Assembly (NCBI GenBank): GCA_965222375.1
Contig: CBDCTZ010000008.1
Span: 192,001 to 256,000, forward strand
Reading direction: 5' to 3'
Length of the DNA: 64,000 bases
Origin: Polyangiaceae bacterium
Lineage (GTDB): Bacteria > Myxococcota_A > Polyangia > Polyangiales > Polyangiaceae
The notes under the pieces were generated by a model. The model did not search any database. It was not told the DNA's origin and worked only from the letters and a program-made list of their open reading frames with translations. Positions 22,131-33,755 of this stretch are shown here, piece by piece (the first letter of the stretch is position 1; every line of letters starts with the position of its first letter). The position numbers were made by a program, and so were the translations under genes.

Positions 22131-22244
22131 GCGCGCCACCGCGCCCCACCGCGAGATTAGGGCGAAAGCGCCGCCCCATCTCTCGACCCCCCGACCAACC
22201 GAAAAATTTGCCCAAAGCCGTGGCTGTGGGCGAGTCACAAGCGC

Positions 22245-23645
22245 GTGGAACTCGACCGATCCCTGCTTTTGACTCTGCCCTTCTTGGCGTTTGGCTGCTC
22301 CGATCCGACTCCAGCACCGCCCGCAGAAGCGCGACCCGAGGCGCCATCGACTGCAGGCGATCCGGCACCAGCTGCCAAAGCCGCAACTCCGAAGGCGGCG
22401 GCCCCCAAAGCTGCGCCCAAGGCAAAGCGTACCTTTGGCAACAAGCCCCTCAATGTGATCTTGCTGACCGTGGACGCATTGCGAGCGGACATGCCGTGGA
22501 CTGGCTACAGCAAGCCGATTGCTCCGAACCTGAGCAAGCTCGCCAAGCACTCGGCCGTCTTCGAAAACCATCGGGCCACCACGAGTGTGACTGCACAGAG
22601 CGTTCCGACGCTGCTCAGCGGACGCATGGCCTCTAGCTTGTATCGCACAGGCTACTTCTTCGCCGGCTACAGCGAGCACAACGAGTTCTTTCCGGAGCTG
22701 CTTCAGCAGAGCGGCATTCGAACCATCGGTGTGCAAGCCCACATGTACTTCAATCGGGGTAAGGGACTCGATCAAGGCTTCGATGTTTGGAACATGGTCG
22801 AGGGCATCACCTACAACGAAAAGACCGACGAGCACGTCACTAGCGAGAAGACAACGCAGGCCCTGACGGAGCTACTTTCCAAGCCTGAAAACACGGCGGG
22901 TCGGTTCTTCGCCTGGACCCACTACATGGATCCCCACCACGAATACGTGAAGCACAAGGACAGCCCGTCCTTCGGCAAGGGGCTGCGGGCGGCCTACGAC
23001 GCGGAAGTGCACCACACGGACAAGTACATCGGGAAGTTCTTGGCCTTCGCAGAGCAGCAACCTTGGTGGAAGGAAACGGCCGTGATTGTCACGGCAGATC
23101 ATGGGGAAGCGTTTGGCGAACATGGCCGCAACCAGCATGCCCACGAGCTCTACGACGAAGTCGTGAAGGTTCCGCTATTGGTCTATGCGCCAGGGCTTCC
23201 GCCTCAACGCGTCACGACTGCGCATACCCACGTCGACCTGGCGCCCACCATCATGGAGATCATGGGCAAGCAGCCCACCGAAGGCATGCAGGGCACCAGC
23301 TTGATCCCGATCCTGAAGGGCGAGGCAATGCCGAACAAGCCCGTGACTCTCGAGCTAGCGGCGGACAACGTGCAAGCGCCACGCAAGGCCATCGTTTCCG
23401 GAGACTACAAGTTGATTCGATTTGGCTCGAAGTCCGGCGCGAGAGAAAAGCTCTTCAACCTGAGCTCTGACCCACAGGAAGCCCGAAACCTGTCTCGACA
23501 AGAGCCCGAGAAGGCGGCAGAGCTTTCGCGCTTGCTCGACCAACGCTTTCACTCCGTACCCAAAGTGCAGCCCTACGGCGGCATGCGCCTGAAGGACGGC
23601 AGCGTCGCCAACGGCCCCCGCAAGCCCAGTGTCGCCGCGCTCTAG
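22245..23645 (+). CDS. Sulfatase-like / alkaline-phosphatase-superfamily lipoprotein
   Basis: AFGC lipobox; NVILLTVDALRAD, HYMDPH, TADHGE, VPLL; no CxPxR motif. Confidence 0.88.
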   Translation: MELDRSLLLTLPFLAFGCSDPTPAPPAEARPEAPSTAGDPAPAAKAATPKAAAPKAAPKAKRTFGNKPLNVILLTVDALRADMPWTGYSKPIAPNLSKLAKHSAVFENHRATTSVTAQSVPTLLSGRMASSLYRTGYFFAGYSEHNEFFPELLQQSGIRTIGVQAHMYFNRGKGLDQGFDVWNMVEGITYNEKTDEHVTSEKTTQALTELLSKPENTAGRFFAWTHYMDPHHEYVKHKDSPSFGKGLRAAYDAEVHHTDKYIGKFLAFAEQQPWWKETAVIVTADHGEAFGEHGRNQHAHELYDEVVKVPLLVYAPGLPPQRVTTAHTHVDLAPTIMEIMGKQPTEGMQGTSLIPILKGEAMPNKPVTLELAADNVQAPRKAIVSGDYKLIRFGSKSGAREKLFNLSSDPQEARNLSRQEPEKAAELSRLLDQRFHSVPKVQPYGGMRLKDGSVANGPRKPSVAAL

Positions 23646-23666
23646 CGTCGCAAGCCCGGCCCTATT

Positions 23667-23725
23667 CGCGCCCGCCCTCACGCTCGCGCCCGCTCTCACG
23701 CTCACTCTCGCGCCCACGCCCGCGC
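23667..23725. repeat. 26-bp direct repeat, copy 2, extending into hexamer-periodic low-complexity sequence
   Basis: cgcgcccgccctcacgctcgcgcccg then ctctcacgctcactctcgcgcccacgcccgcg. Confidence 0.8.
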
Positions 23726-24529
23726 TCAATCTGCCAAGTGCACCCAGCGCCGACTCGCCTCATCAGCCGGAAAATAGCTCTCGATGCGCATTTCCTCAGT
23801 GGTGACATCGAGGGGGGTACCCAGGGTCGTCAGGGTCGTGAAAAGCCGCACCTCCACGCCGCCACGGCGCAGGTGAACGGGGATGACGAGTTCCGGCGGT
23901 GTCGAAAGCTGCGGACGCCGAAGCGCCTCGGGCACTCCTGGGTAGGTGAGCACGTCGGTCAGTGCGCGGCGGGCGACGCCCCGCTCGCTCTCGGCGGCGG
24001 CGTCGCGATGGAGACGGTGCACGATGTGACGCACGACTTCGTCCCAGTTGACCATGCTGCTCTTGAGTCCACGAGGATCGAAAACCACGCGCATCAAGTT
24101 CGTGCCCAACTCGGGCAGAAGCGATGGATCCGCACAGAACGTGTTGAGCATGCGCAGGGCGCCCGCATTTGCCTGCAGGACTTGCCACTGACCGCCAAGC
24201 AGCACGGCACCGTTGGGCTCGAGAGCACTCAGGATGCAGTCGGCGGCAGCGCGCACGTGCGCCATTTCCGGCGCGTCCAAGGGCGTCTGTCCGTAGACGG
24301 GAGCAAAGCCTGCCGCGACCAACAGTGTATTGCGCTCCCGCAGCGGCAGCTCCAGAGCGGCGGAGAGGTTCAGCAACATGTCTCGGCTTGGTCTGGCCTT
24401 GCCGTTTTCCAGGCAGCTGATGTGGCGCGTGGACACTTCGGCCACTTGGCTGAGGGACATCTGACTCAGGCCGCGGGCCTGGCGGTAGTGGCGCAACAGA
24501 CGGGCGGCACCCGGAGCGGGAGAACTCAT
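23726..24529 (-). CDS. XRE-family HTH regulator with MmyB-like ligand-binding domain
   Basis: GLSQMSLS...STRHISCLENGKARPSR; LPLRERNTLL.AAGFAP; RIESYFPADE. Confidence 0.9.
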   Translation of the reverse strand: MSSPAPGAARLLRHYRQARGLSQMSLSQVAEVSTRHISCLENGKARPSRDMLLNLSAALELPLRERNTLLVAAGFAPVYGQTPLDAPEMAHVRAAADCILSALEPNGAVLLGGQWQVLQANAGALRMLNTFCADPSLLPELGTNLMRVVFDPRGLKSSMVNWDEVVRHIVHRLHRDAAAESERGVARRALTDVLTYPGVPEALRRPQLSTPPELVIPVHLRRGGVEVRLFTTLTTLGTPLDVTTEEMRIESYFPADEASRRWVHLAD

Positions 24530-24562
24530 GGGCCTCAGTCTAGGCCAGGCTGAGCATCAGAA

Positions 24563-24581
24563 CATGACCTGGGAGGTCATG
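24563..24581. promoter_or_regulatory. Palindromic operator between XRE regulator and divergent gene
   Basis: CATGACCT-GGG-AGGTCATG perfect inverted repeat. Confidence 0.7.
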
Positions 24582-24628
24582 GCGGTAGTGACCCTGGCGT
24601 CGCAGGTTGTCGGCCTAGGAGGACATCC

Positions 24629-24940
24629 ATGAACCGAAAAGCTCTCGTGCCTGCAATCGTTCTGACCCTATTCGTGGCCTTCAGTAGCTGGGTGGTCGCC
24701 CAGGAGGGCTACTTCGGATTCGTAACCCTCGCCGTGACCGAGCCTTGGGGCGGTCAGATCTTCCTCGATCTATGCATTGCCCTGGTGTTGGTCAGCGGTT
24801 GGTTGATCCGCGACGCCCGTAGCCGGGGCATCAATCCCTGGCCCTACGTGCTGACCATCCCGCTACTCGGGTCCATCCCTCCCCTCGCCTACCTGGTGGT
24901 GCGCAGCTTGAAGAAGCCGGCCGAATTGAGCGTCGCGTAG
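24629..24940 (+). CDS. Small membrane protein (DUF2834-like)
   Basis: GGAGG RBS; three TM segments; QIFLDL...DAR..G..PW...LGSI.PL.YL. Confidence 0.8.
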   Translation: MNRKALVPAIVLTLFVAFSSWVVAQEGYFGFVTLAVTEPWGGQIFLDLCIALVLVSGWLIRDARSRGINPWPYVLTIPLLGSIPPLAYLVVRSLKKPAELSVA

Positions 24941-25081
24941 AGCGCTTGGCGGGGTGCTGAAGCTGACGGCGCGCAGCGACGGCTCCACACGGCTGCCTCC
25001 GAGGGCAAGAGCAAGACCACCCGAGGCCTGGACGCAAAGACGGGAAGCGCTCGCTCACGCTCTGAGGTGTCAGCGACGCCG

Positions 25082-26686
25082 TCAATCCAAGAGCGCTTGT
25101 ACGTAGCGCTCTCCGGTGACGCGGTCGACGTAGGCCAGAGCTTCGAGAACCCCATCAGCCCCCGCTAGGGTCAACCACACGTAGTCACGGGCTACGGCGC
25201 GCCCGGTCCACCATTCCACGGATTCCAAACGCTCGGCAAAGCGCACCTGGTCGACGGTGTACAAGCGTTGATCGAAACCCACGGTCACTCCCCGACGCAG
25301 AGGGGCTGACAAGGGCACTGGCTTGGGTAGCAGACGCGTCGGTTGGACCCCTCGCCCTTCGACGGCCTTCACACTCACCAAAGGGATTTGGTGGTTCTTC
25401 TTGCGCCGCTTCGAAGGCCTGGACTGCTTTCTTTTCTGAAACGCGGGCACCAATCGCGCCTTGGCTTCTGGGCGATGCGCATCCACGAGAGCCAGGGTTC
25501 CCACTCGGCTGGAGCCGATGTCTTGAGAGAGTTCCGCCACTAGGGCTGGCAATAGCTCTGCCCCAGTCGTTTTGCTGATCACCCGAGCTAGATCGAGCTG
25601 CCAGCCCAAAGCTCGAACCACGTTAGGCGCGCTGAGAGTGACACCTAGGCTGGGCGCAGCCAGGATGGTCCGCTCCAGACGAGTGACCAGAACCCTGAAA
25701 AGCTCTTCTGCCCGCCATAGAGGCGCCGATAGTTGCAGCTCGATGATGTGATGCGGCAACGCCCCTGCCAAACGCGCCAAGCTCCGATCGTAGTTCAGAG
25801 CCAGCTCGAGGCTTTGCGCCGCTTCTCCTCGACCACTCAGCCGTGCACTCAATCTGGATGTCAGGCCCCGGAGCACGAACTTCAGCGGCTCGACGCCACT
25901 GACAGGTTCGTCCCATTCCATGCTCTCGGTGGGCACAGCCGCTGGACGATGGGCTTTCAAAGGAGCCGTATCCTGGCCATCCACCAGAGAAAGCACCCAT
26001 GGGGCGTCCGAGCCTAAACGCGCCGCAACTTGGGAGCGTGACAATTGCTTCAACTGGCCAAAGCTCAATACACCGAGCTGGACGAGCCAGGTGCGGAGTT
26101 CGGATCCGACGGGCAGAGCAGCGATGGGCAGCTCTCTGGCACGTTCAGCGGCCACGGCTTGTGTGACGACGTTCACGCCATTTTGCCCTGGTGGCATCCA
26201 ACGCGCGAAGGCCTGGGCCAGCTTCGGCCCCGGCGCGATGGCCACGCGAGCATGATGCCCCAACTCTTGCATCAGATTCGACAGCTCCAGCGCCAGCTCT
26301 TCTTCACTACCCACCAAGTGGGCGGCACCACTGATATCGACCCACACCGTATCCGGCGCTTCGCACGCCACCGTCACTCCAAAAGACAGGGCTGCCTCGG
26401 CAAGATGCCCGAGTTCGATCGCTACGTTGGCACGCCCGAGTTCGACCACGCCCATTGCAGCCGACAGTGCGTGAGCTTCAGCGATGGACTGCCCTGCTTG
26501 TACACCATGGGAGGCTGCAACGGGATTGACGGCATCGAGTAGGGCCGTGGCTTTCGTTGGCTCTTCGGCCTCTTCTTCGACAAGCACGACACCGAAGGGC
26601 TGAGTTCGCAAGGCCTCTTGTCGACGCAGAGCGAGCTCCAACAGCAAGTCCGGTACGACGATGGCCGCGATGCGCCGGCTGCCCAC
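25082..26686 (-). CDS. imuB: ImuB, inactive Y-family polymerase homolog
   Basis: AVNPVAASHGVQAGQSIAEAHAL; C-terminal ERLESVEWW...RDY; directly downstream of imuA. Confidence 0.9.
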   Translation of the reverse strand: MGSRRIAAIVVPDLLLELALRRQEALRTQPFGVVLVEEEAEEPTKATALLDAVNPVAASHGVQAGQSIAEAHALSAAMGVVELGRANVAIELGHLAEAALSFGVTVACEAPDTVWVDISGAAHLVGSEEELALELSNLMQELGHHARVAIAPGPKLAQAFARWMPPGQNGVNVVTQAVAAERARELPIAALPVGSELRTWLVQLGVLSFGQLKQLSRSQVAARLGSDAPWVLSLVDGQDTAPLKAHRPAAVPTESMEWDEPVSGVEPLKFVLRGLTSRLSARLSGRGEAAQSLELALNYDRSLARLAGALPHHIIELQLSAPLWRAEELFRVLVTRLERTILAAPSLGVTLSAPNVVRALGWQLDLARVISKTTGAELLPALVAELSQDIGSSRVGTLALVDAHRPEAKARLVPAFQKRKQSRPSKRRKKNHQIPLVSVKAVEGRGVQPTRLLPKPVPLSAPLRRGVTVGFDQRLYTVDQVRFAERLESVEWWTGRAVARDYVWLTLAGADGVLEALAYVDRVTGERYVQALLD

Positions 26687-26688
26687 TT

Positions 26689-27441
26689 CTACACCCCGCC
26701 GTGCAGACGCCGGATCTCCATCGACCCCTGGCGCTCTCGCGCCGGACGGATCGGCTGAGCCTGCGTCGATGAGCGAAATGCCACCGTACGGGGCGCACTG
26801 ATGCGCCCTTGACGATCTTTCACGACCTGAAGGCGCACTAGATCTGGAGCGGGTCGGGAAAGCAACAAGCGTTGCGCAACAGGCAATGCAGATCCACGGC
26901 GCGCCTCGTGTTCGGTCAGAAGCATGACGACGGTTGCAGTATCTTCAACCGCAAGGGCCAAACGTCGTACGCTGCGCGCCCATGCGCCAGATCGACTAGA
27001 CAGCGACGCTCCAGGTACGCCCAAGGTATCGATGGCAAGGACAGCGAAGGCTCGGGATTCCGCCAAGCGTATGGCGATGCGGGTCAGAGCATCCAGATTG
27101 GGCCGGACAACGAGTAAACGCCCCAAGTCCACACCCGCTTTGTGAACACCGGGTGCGTGCAAACTTGCAGACGGGTCCAAGAAGGCGCTCCACGGCAGCT
27201 CTCCCCCGTGCACCGCAGCCTCTTGCTGCACTGCACGCACGGCTGCGAGGGCAAGACTCGTCCCCATCGCCGCTCCCCCCGTCACCGAGAGCTCCACGAC
27301 ACTGCCCCGCAGCAACCCGCCTCCAGGCAGAGCAGAACTGACCTGACCCAAGTCGAGGGGCAGCACCTCTCCCGACCTGGGAGCTTGGGCCAAACCCACA
27401 CCGTTGGGCAGGTTTTTCAGTAGTTCTAGCGGCAAGGCCAT
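26689..27441 (-). CDS. imuA: ImuA, RecA-like mutagenesis protein
   Basis: ALPGGGLLRGSVVEL, AFLDP, GVDLGRLLVVRP, RRLALA; ATG 27441 preferred because the track start lies inside the SOS-like box. Confidence 0.88.
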   Translation of the reverse strand: MALPLELLKNLPNGVGLAQAPRSGEVLPLDLGQVSSALPGGGLLRGSVVELSVTGGAAMGTSLALAAVRAVQQEAAVHGGELPWSAFLDPSASLHAPGVHKAGVDLGRLLVVRPNLDALTRIAIRLAESRAFAVLAIDTLGVPGASLSSRSGAWARSVRRLALAVEDTATVVMLLTEHEARRGSALPVAQRLLLSRPAPDLVRLQVVKDRQGRISAPRTVAFRSSTQAQPIRPARERQGSMEIRRLHGGV

Positions 27442-27444
27442 AGA

Positions 27445-27460
27445 CTGAACATACACTCAG
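27445..27460 (-). promoter_or_regulatory. Putative LexA/SOS box upstream of imuA
   Basis: CTGAGTGTATGTTCAG on the coding strand, 3 nt before ATG; matches the dnaE2 box. Confidence 0.75.
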
Positions 27461-27615
27461 TTATCGTCTAGGCAAGGCCTCCGAGGTGGCCTGCTAGGAC
27501 GAAAAATGTCCGACTGCGGCCAGATCTTCTGCAGATCTCGACACCTAGATGCTCCAAGCGGCGACTGCCCTGGGCCGGGTTTTCTTCGTACCTGCCCTCG
27601 CGCTAGGCTCGCGGC

Positions 27616-28176
27616 GTGACACGCGCTCCAGTCGTTGCCATCGCCGCCTTGCTCAGTGTCAGCTGCGGCGCACGTTCCTTCGAGAGCCGTGCCACACCGC
27701 CGGATCCCGCGCTCCAACCGACGAGCCCCGGGGGCACAGACCCTAGCGGCGGGAAGTGGTCCGACTGCTATTCCAGCTTCACACCGAGCGGCAAAGCCCG
27801 GGCGGATTTGAACCGACTGACCCGAGCCTGCGGCCCCACAGGAGGGATGCGAGCGGTCACGCCCGTCACCCACGCCGAACAGAACGACAAGGATCCGGTT
27901 GATCGCTACACCTTCTACGTTCCCCGGGCGGGAGCCTGCTATCGGGTGTACGCAGTCGGCAACCGAGGCGTGAGCGATCTGGACCTGCTCGTGCGCGGCC
28001 CGAGCGGAGACGACGTCGCTGCGGATCTGACCCACGACGCGTTCCCGGTGCTGCCTCCCCAGGGGCCCCTATGCTTCGAGCAACCGGGCCTCTACCTGCT
28101 CGAGGTCAGCGTGCACCGGGGGCAAGGCGGCTACGCCATCCAGGTTTGGGGCAACACGGACGGCGTCGGCAAGTAG
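27616..28176 (+). CDS. Hypothetical lipoprotein (PPC-like beta domain)
   Basis: SVSC lipobox; CYRVYAVG...DLDLLVRGPSG...GLYLLEV. Confidence 0.72.
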   Translation: MTRAPVVAIAALLSVSCGARSFESRATPPDPALQPTSPGGTDPSGGKWSDCYSSFTPSGKARADLNRLTRACGPTGGMRAVTPVTHAEQNDKDPVDRYTFYVPRAGACYRVYAVGNRGVSDLDLLVRGPSGDDVAADLTHDAFPVLPPQGPLCFEQPGLYLLEVSVHRGQGGYAIQVWGNTDGVGK

Positions 28177-28224
28177 CCCACTGGCGGGCCGCCGCTCGCG
28201 TGTTATCCCTAACCGGACCCAAAA

Positions 28225-29064
28225 ATGGACGCACCTGCCGAAGTTTCGCAAAAACTCGAACAATTTCGCGGGCTCCTGCGCGAAATGGGTTCGGTGCTGG
28301 TTTGCTACTCCGGTGGAATCGACAGCGCTTTCGTGCTGGCTGTGGCTACCGAAGAGCTCGGAAGTCGCGCCGTGGGCATGACCGCGGTGAGTCCGAGCTT
28401 GGCTCCGAGCGAGAAGGAGGACGCCGCCCGAATCGCCAAGTCCCTCGGCGCCGAGCATCGCTTCGTAGAGTCCAACGAGATCGAGCGTGCGGGCTACGTG
28501 GAGAACGCTCCGGACCGCTGCTTCCATTGCAAGACGGAGCTGTACGAAATCGCCGAGCAGAAACGCGGCGAGTGGGATCTCGCGGCGGTCGTGAACGGAA
28601 CGAACACCGACGACCTGGGCGACTACCGCCCCGGCTTGGAGGCCGCAAAGAACGCGGCCGCGCGCAGCCCCCTGGTGGAAGTCGAAATGAACAAGGCCGA
28701 CGTGCGCAGCGCCGCGAAATTGATCGGCATGGAAGTCTGGGACAAGCCGGCCAGTGCGTGTCTGAGCAGTCGCATTCCCTACGGCACCAGTGTGACTCGG
28801 GAGCGCTTGGCGCAGATTGCCGGTTTCGAGGCAGAGCTACGGGCGTGCGGCATGAGGCAAGTCCGGGTGCGCTGGCATGACAAGATCGCCCGGATCGAAG
28901 TCGCCCTAGACGAGCTCCAAAAGCTGCTGCAGCCCGGAGTGCGCGAGCGCGTGGTGGCTGCAGGCAAAGAGCACGGCTTTCACTACGTGGCTGTCGACCT
29001 GGCCGGTTACCGCCAGGGCTCCCACAACGAAGTGCTGGTCGGAAAGAATCTGCGCCTGGTCTGA
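28225..29064 (+). CDS. larE: LarE-family ATP-dependent sulfur transferase
   Basis: PP-loop SGGIDS; RCFHCK; DDLGDYRPG; ACLSSRIPYG; RVRWH. Confidence 0.9.
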   Translation: MDAPAEVSQKLEQFRGLLREMGSVLVCYSGGIDSAFVLAVATEELGSRAVGMTAVSPSLAPSEKEDAARIAKSLGAEHRFVESNEIERAGYVENAPDRCFHCKTELYEIAEQKRGEWDLAAVVNGTNTDDLGDYRPGLEAAKNAAARSPLVEVEMNKADVRSAAKLIGMEVWDKPASACLSSRIPYGTSVTRERLAQIAGFEAELRACGMRQVRVRWHDKIARIEVALDELQKLLQPGVRERVVAAGKEHGFHYVAVDLAGYRQGSHNEVLVGKNLRLV

Positions 29065-29070
29065 GCGCAC

Positions 29071-29110
29071 AAAACGAAACGGGGCGCCCGAAGGACGCCC
29101 CGTCTTGTTC
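29071..29110 (-). terminator. Rho-independent terminator of pnp (possibly bidirectional)
   Basis: acggggcgtcc-ttc-gggcgccccgt then TTCGTTTT on the minus strand, between convergent larE and pnp. Confidence 0.85.
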
Positions 29111-29120
29111 GCAGTGGGAC

Positions 29121-31355
<2,235 letters not shown>

Positions 31356-31531
31356 TTTACATGCGCCCCTTTCGGACGCGACACCGCTACGTGCGGCTCA
31401 AACGCCGTTTGCATCGCGCCCGACTTCAACCTCGGTTCCTAGATCTGAGCGCGCACTCAGGTCCACGAAACGAAGATGAAGCCACCGAACGCGCCGCAAG
31501 CGGATGGTTCAGTACCCCTTGCTTCGCGGCC

Positions 31532-31801
31532 TTACTTGCGGAGCTTCAATGCGGAAACGATGTTGCGATAACGCTCGACGTCCTTCTTCTTGAGGTAGTC
31601 GAGCAAGCGTCGACGCTGCCCCACCAGCTTCAAGAGACCACGCCGGGAATGGTGATCCTTCTTGTGAGTCCTGAAGTGGTCGGTGAGGTACGTGATGCGC
31701 TGGCTGAGCAGAGCGATCTGCACCTCCGGCGAGCCCGTATCCTTCTCGTGCGTGCGATTTCCAGTGATGACGCTCTGCTTGGCGCCCGGTGCTAGGGGCA
31801 T
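31532..31801 (-). CDS. rpsO: 30S ribosomal protein S15
   Basis: [23 protein letters not shown]. Confidence 0.98.
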   Translation of the reverse strand: MPLAPGAKQSVITGNRTHEKDTGSPEVQIALLSQRITYLTDHFRTHKKDHHSRRGLLKLVGQRRRLLDYLKKKDVERYRNIVSALKLRK

Positions 31802-31833
31802 GATCGATTACATTCCTTCTAAAAAGTCGCGCG

Positions 31834-31861
31834 AGTATACGCGCGGCCCGGCCTCGGTCAA
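31834..31861 (-). promoter_or_regulatory. sigma70 promoter of rpsO-pnp
   Basis: TTGACC-N16-TATACT on the minus strand. Confidence 0.65.
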
Positions 31862-31928
31862 CCGGAACCCAACGGCCGGGATTCCATCACTGCTGGAATT
31901 GCCGAGGGTCTCAGCGCCCCGGCCCAGA

Positions 31929-33236
31929 TCAGGTCAGGTTGGAAAGGGCGCCGGTTCCAGCTTTGGTGGTGCCGATGCTGTCCTTCTGGATCCCAAACGC
32001 ATGCATCAGGGAAACCAGCAGCTTCGAGTGGGCCGTGCCAGAGGGGTACTTCAAGAAGCGGCCCGTTTTGAAGTGACCTCCCAGACCGCCAGCCATCACG
32101 AAGGGCACCTTCTTCCGGCTATGGGTGTTGCCGGAGCCGAGCTCGTTGCACCAGAGCACCACTGAATTGTCCAGCAGAGACCCGCTACCCTCGGGCACTT
32201 CGCTCATCTTCTGCAACAGATAGGCGAAGCGCTCGGCGTACCAGGTGTTGATCTTGATCAGAGGCGGGATGTCCGGCGCGCCGTTGTCTTCGTGAGACAG
32301 GGAGTGGTGATTGCCATCCACGCCGATCCACTTCATCTGAGTGCCCCCGACGCTCTTGCTACACTGAATGCCCACCACCTGGGTCACGTTGCAGGCCAGC
32401 GCCATCACCGCCTGGTCCGTCATCAATTCGACCATCTTGGGGAAGTTGTCGTTCTTCTTGTGATCGATCTTGTTACCGGGTGACACGGGAGCGCAGTACC
32501 CACCTAGCTGGCCCGCTGGGTCGAGCTTCGTTTCGAGAACGCGCACGGCCTCTAGGTGCGCCTGCAGTTTCGCCTTTTCTGCCACCGGGAGGCGAGCCTC
32601 TAGCTTGTTCAAGTCGCCGCGCACGTGGTCGAGCACGCTCTTGCGGAGCACGCGCACCTTCTCTGTTTCGCCCGGGTCCTTGAGCAGCGCGCCGAACAGC
32701 TTGTCGAAGACAGTGTAGGGATCTTCGTAGGGGTCCCGAGGTGCGTCAGAGCCGTCATAGGACATTCGGCTCCAATTGGTTTTGCCGCCGGGCTGAATCG
32801 CCAAATCTAGGGACTCGACCCCGAGGTGCTTGGCAATGACCTGGTCCACCGAGGGCCCGCTGGCCCAACCCGCCGTGCCGGCATTGCCACCACCCTTAAA
32901 GGGGCCGGGGTTGAGCTCGGAGGCCGTGAGCATGTGCACCATGCCGCGCTGATGGCCGTCTCCGATGCCATGATTGCTGCTGACCATGTCCAGGCCATCC
33001 AGAATCATCAGCTTGTCCCGGAAGGGCTCGAGAGGCTTGAGAATGGTACCCAGGGTGAAGTTGGTCTCACCACCCGAGGGTACCCATTCGTCGTAGATGG
33101 TCCCGTTCGGCGAGAAGAAGATCACGAGCCGTTTCGGGAATGTGGGGTCCGCAGCGCGGGCATCCATCAATCGCATGGGAAGCGCCAACGCAGCCGCGCC
33201 CGCTGCGGCACCGCGCAGGAATGTTCTGCGTTTCAT
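31929..33236 (-). CDS. DUF1552-family Tat-exported protein
   Basis: KRRTFL signal; PKRLVIFFSPNG, SVDQVIA, HHSLSH, EGSGSLLDNS. Confidence 0.88.
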   Translation of the reverse strand: MKRRTFLRGAAAGAAALALPMRLMDARAADPTFPKRLVIFFSPNGTIYDEWVPSGGETNFTLGTILKPLEPFRDKLMILDGLDMVSSNHGIGDGHQRGMVHMLTASELNPGPFKGGGNAGTAGWASGPSVDQVIAKHLGVESLDLAIQPGGKTNWSRMSYDGSDAPRDPYEDPYTVFDKLFGALLKDPGETEKVRVLRKSVLDHVRGDLNKLEARLPVAEKAKLQAHLEAVRVLETKLDPAGQLGGYCAPVSPGNKIDHKKNDNFPKMVELMTDQAVMALACNVTQVVGIQCSKSVGGTQMKWIGVDGNHHSLSHEDNGAPDIPPLIKINTWYAERFAYLLQKMSEVPEGSGSLLDNSVVLWCNELGSGNTHSRKKVPFVMAGGLGGHFKTGRFLKYPSGTAHSKLLVSLMHAFGIQKDSIGTTKAGTGALSNLT

Positions 33237-33643
33237 TACTGGGCCTCCTGAGCGCGATAGCGGAAACCGTGTGCAGTGGTGAGGGCGATCATCAATTCTC
33301 GTATGTCGTAGCCAGAGTCTTTGAACTTAATCTTCGCCTGGGCGATGGTGTACTCGTCTTTGTCTTCACCGCGCTTGAGCGCGAAGCGGAACCAGAGCCG
33401 CGCCATGCAATCCTTGGCGATGTCACTACTCGCAAGCTTCTGCGCGAGCTCCACGGCGCCGACGAAGGGCCCATCGATATCCGATTCCACCATCTCGCCC
33501 GAATCGTCGATGCTCTTGCCTTCCTCGGTATCGCGGTACTGGCCGATTCCGTCGTAGCGCTCGAATCCAAAGCCGATGGGGTCCATCAGCTTGTGGCAGT
33601 TGGAACAGGCCGGGTCCGTGGAGTGCTGAACGCTTGGGCCCAA
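33236..33643 (-). pseudogene. C-terminal fragment (DUF1588/DUF1585 part) of a DUF1592-family protein
   Basis: Starts mid-domain (QHSTDPACSNCHKLMDPIGFGFERYDGIG); in-frame TAG at 33692-33694; no room for N-terminal domains; TAATG coupling to the DUF1552 gene. Confidence 0.75.
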
Positions 33644-33755
33644 AAAAACACAGCGAAAACGCCGGAATTTTGCGCCCCTGAGGGCTCCAGACTACGCGAC
33701 CAGGCAGGTCCAGTGCGACCCGCAGGGTCGCGGTAACTGGGACCTCCTAGCGACC

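Noticed and set aside
31356..31531. Novel ncRNA between rpsO and pnp
   Set aside because: Stem-loops here are expected from the rpsO 3' end and pnp leader processing structures
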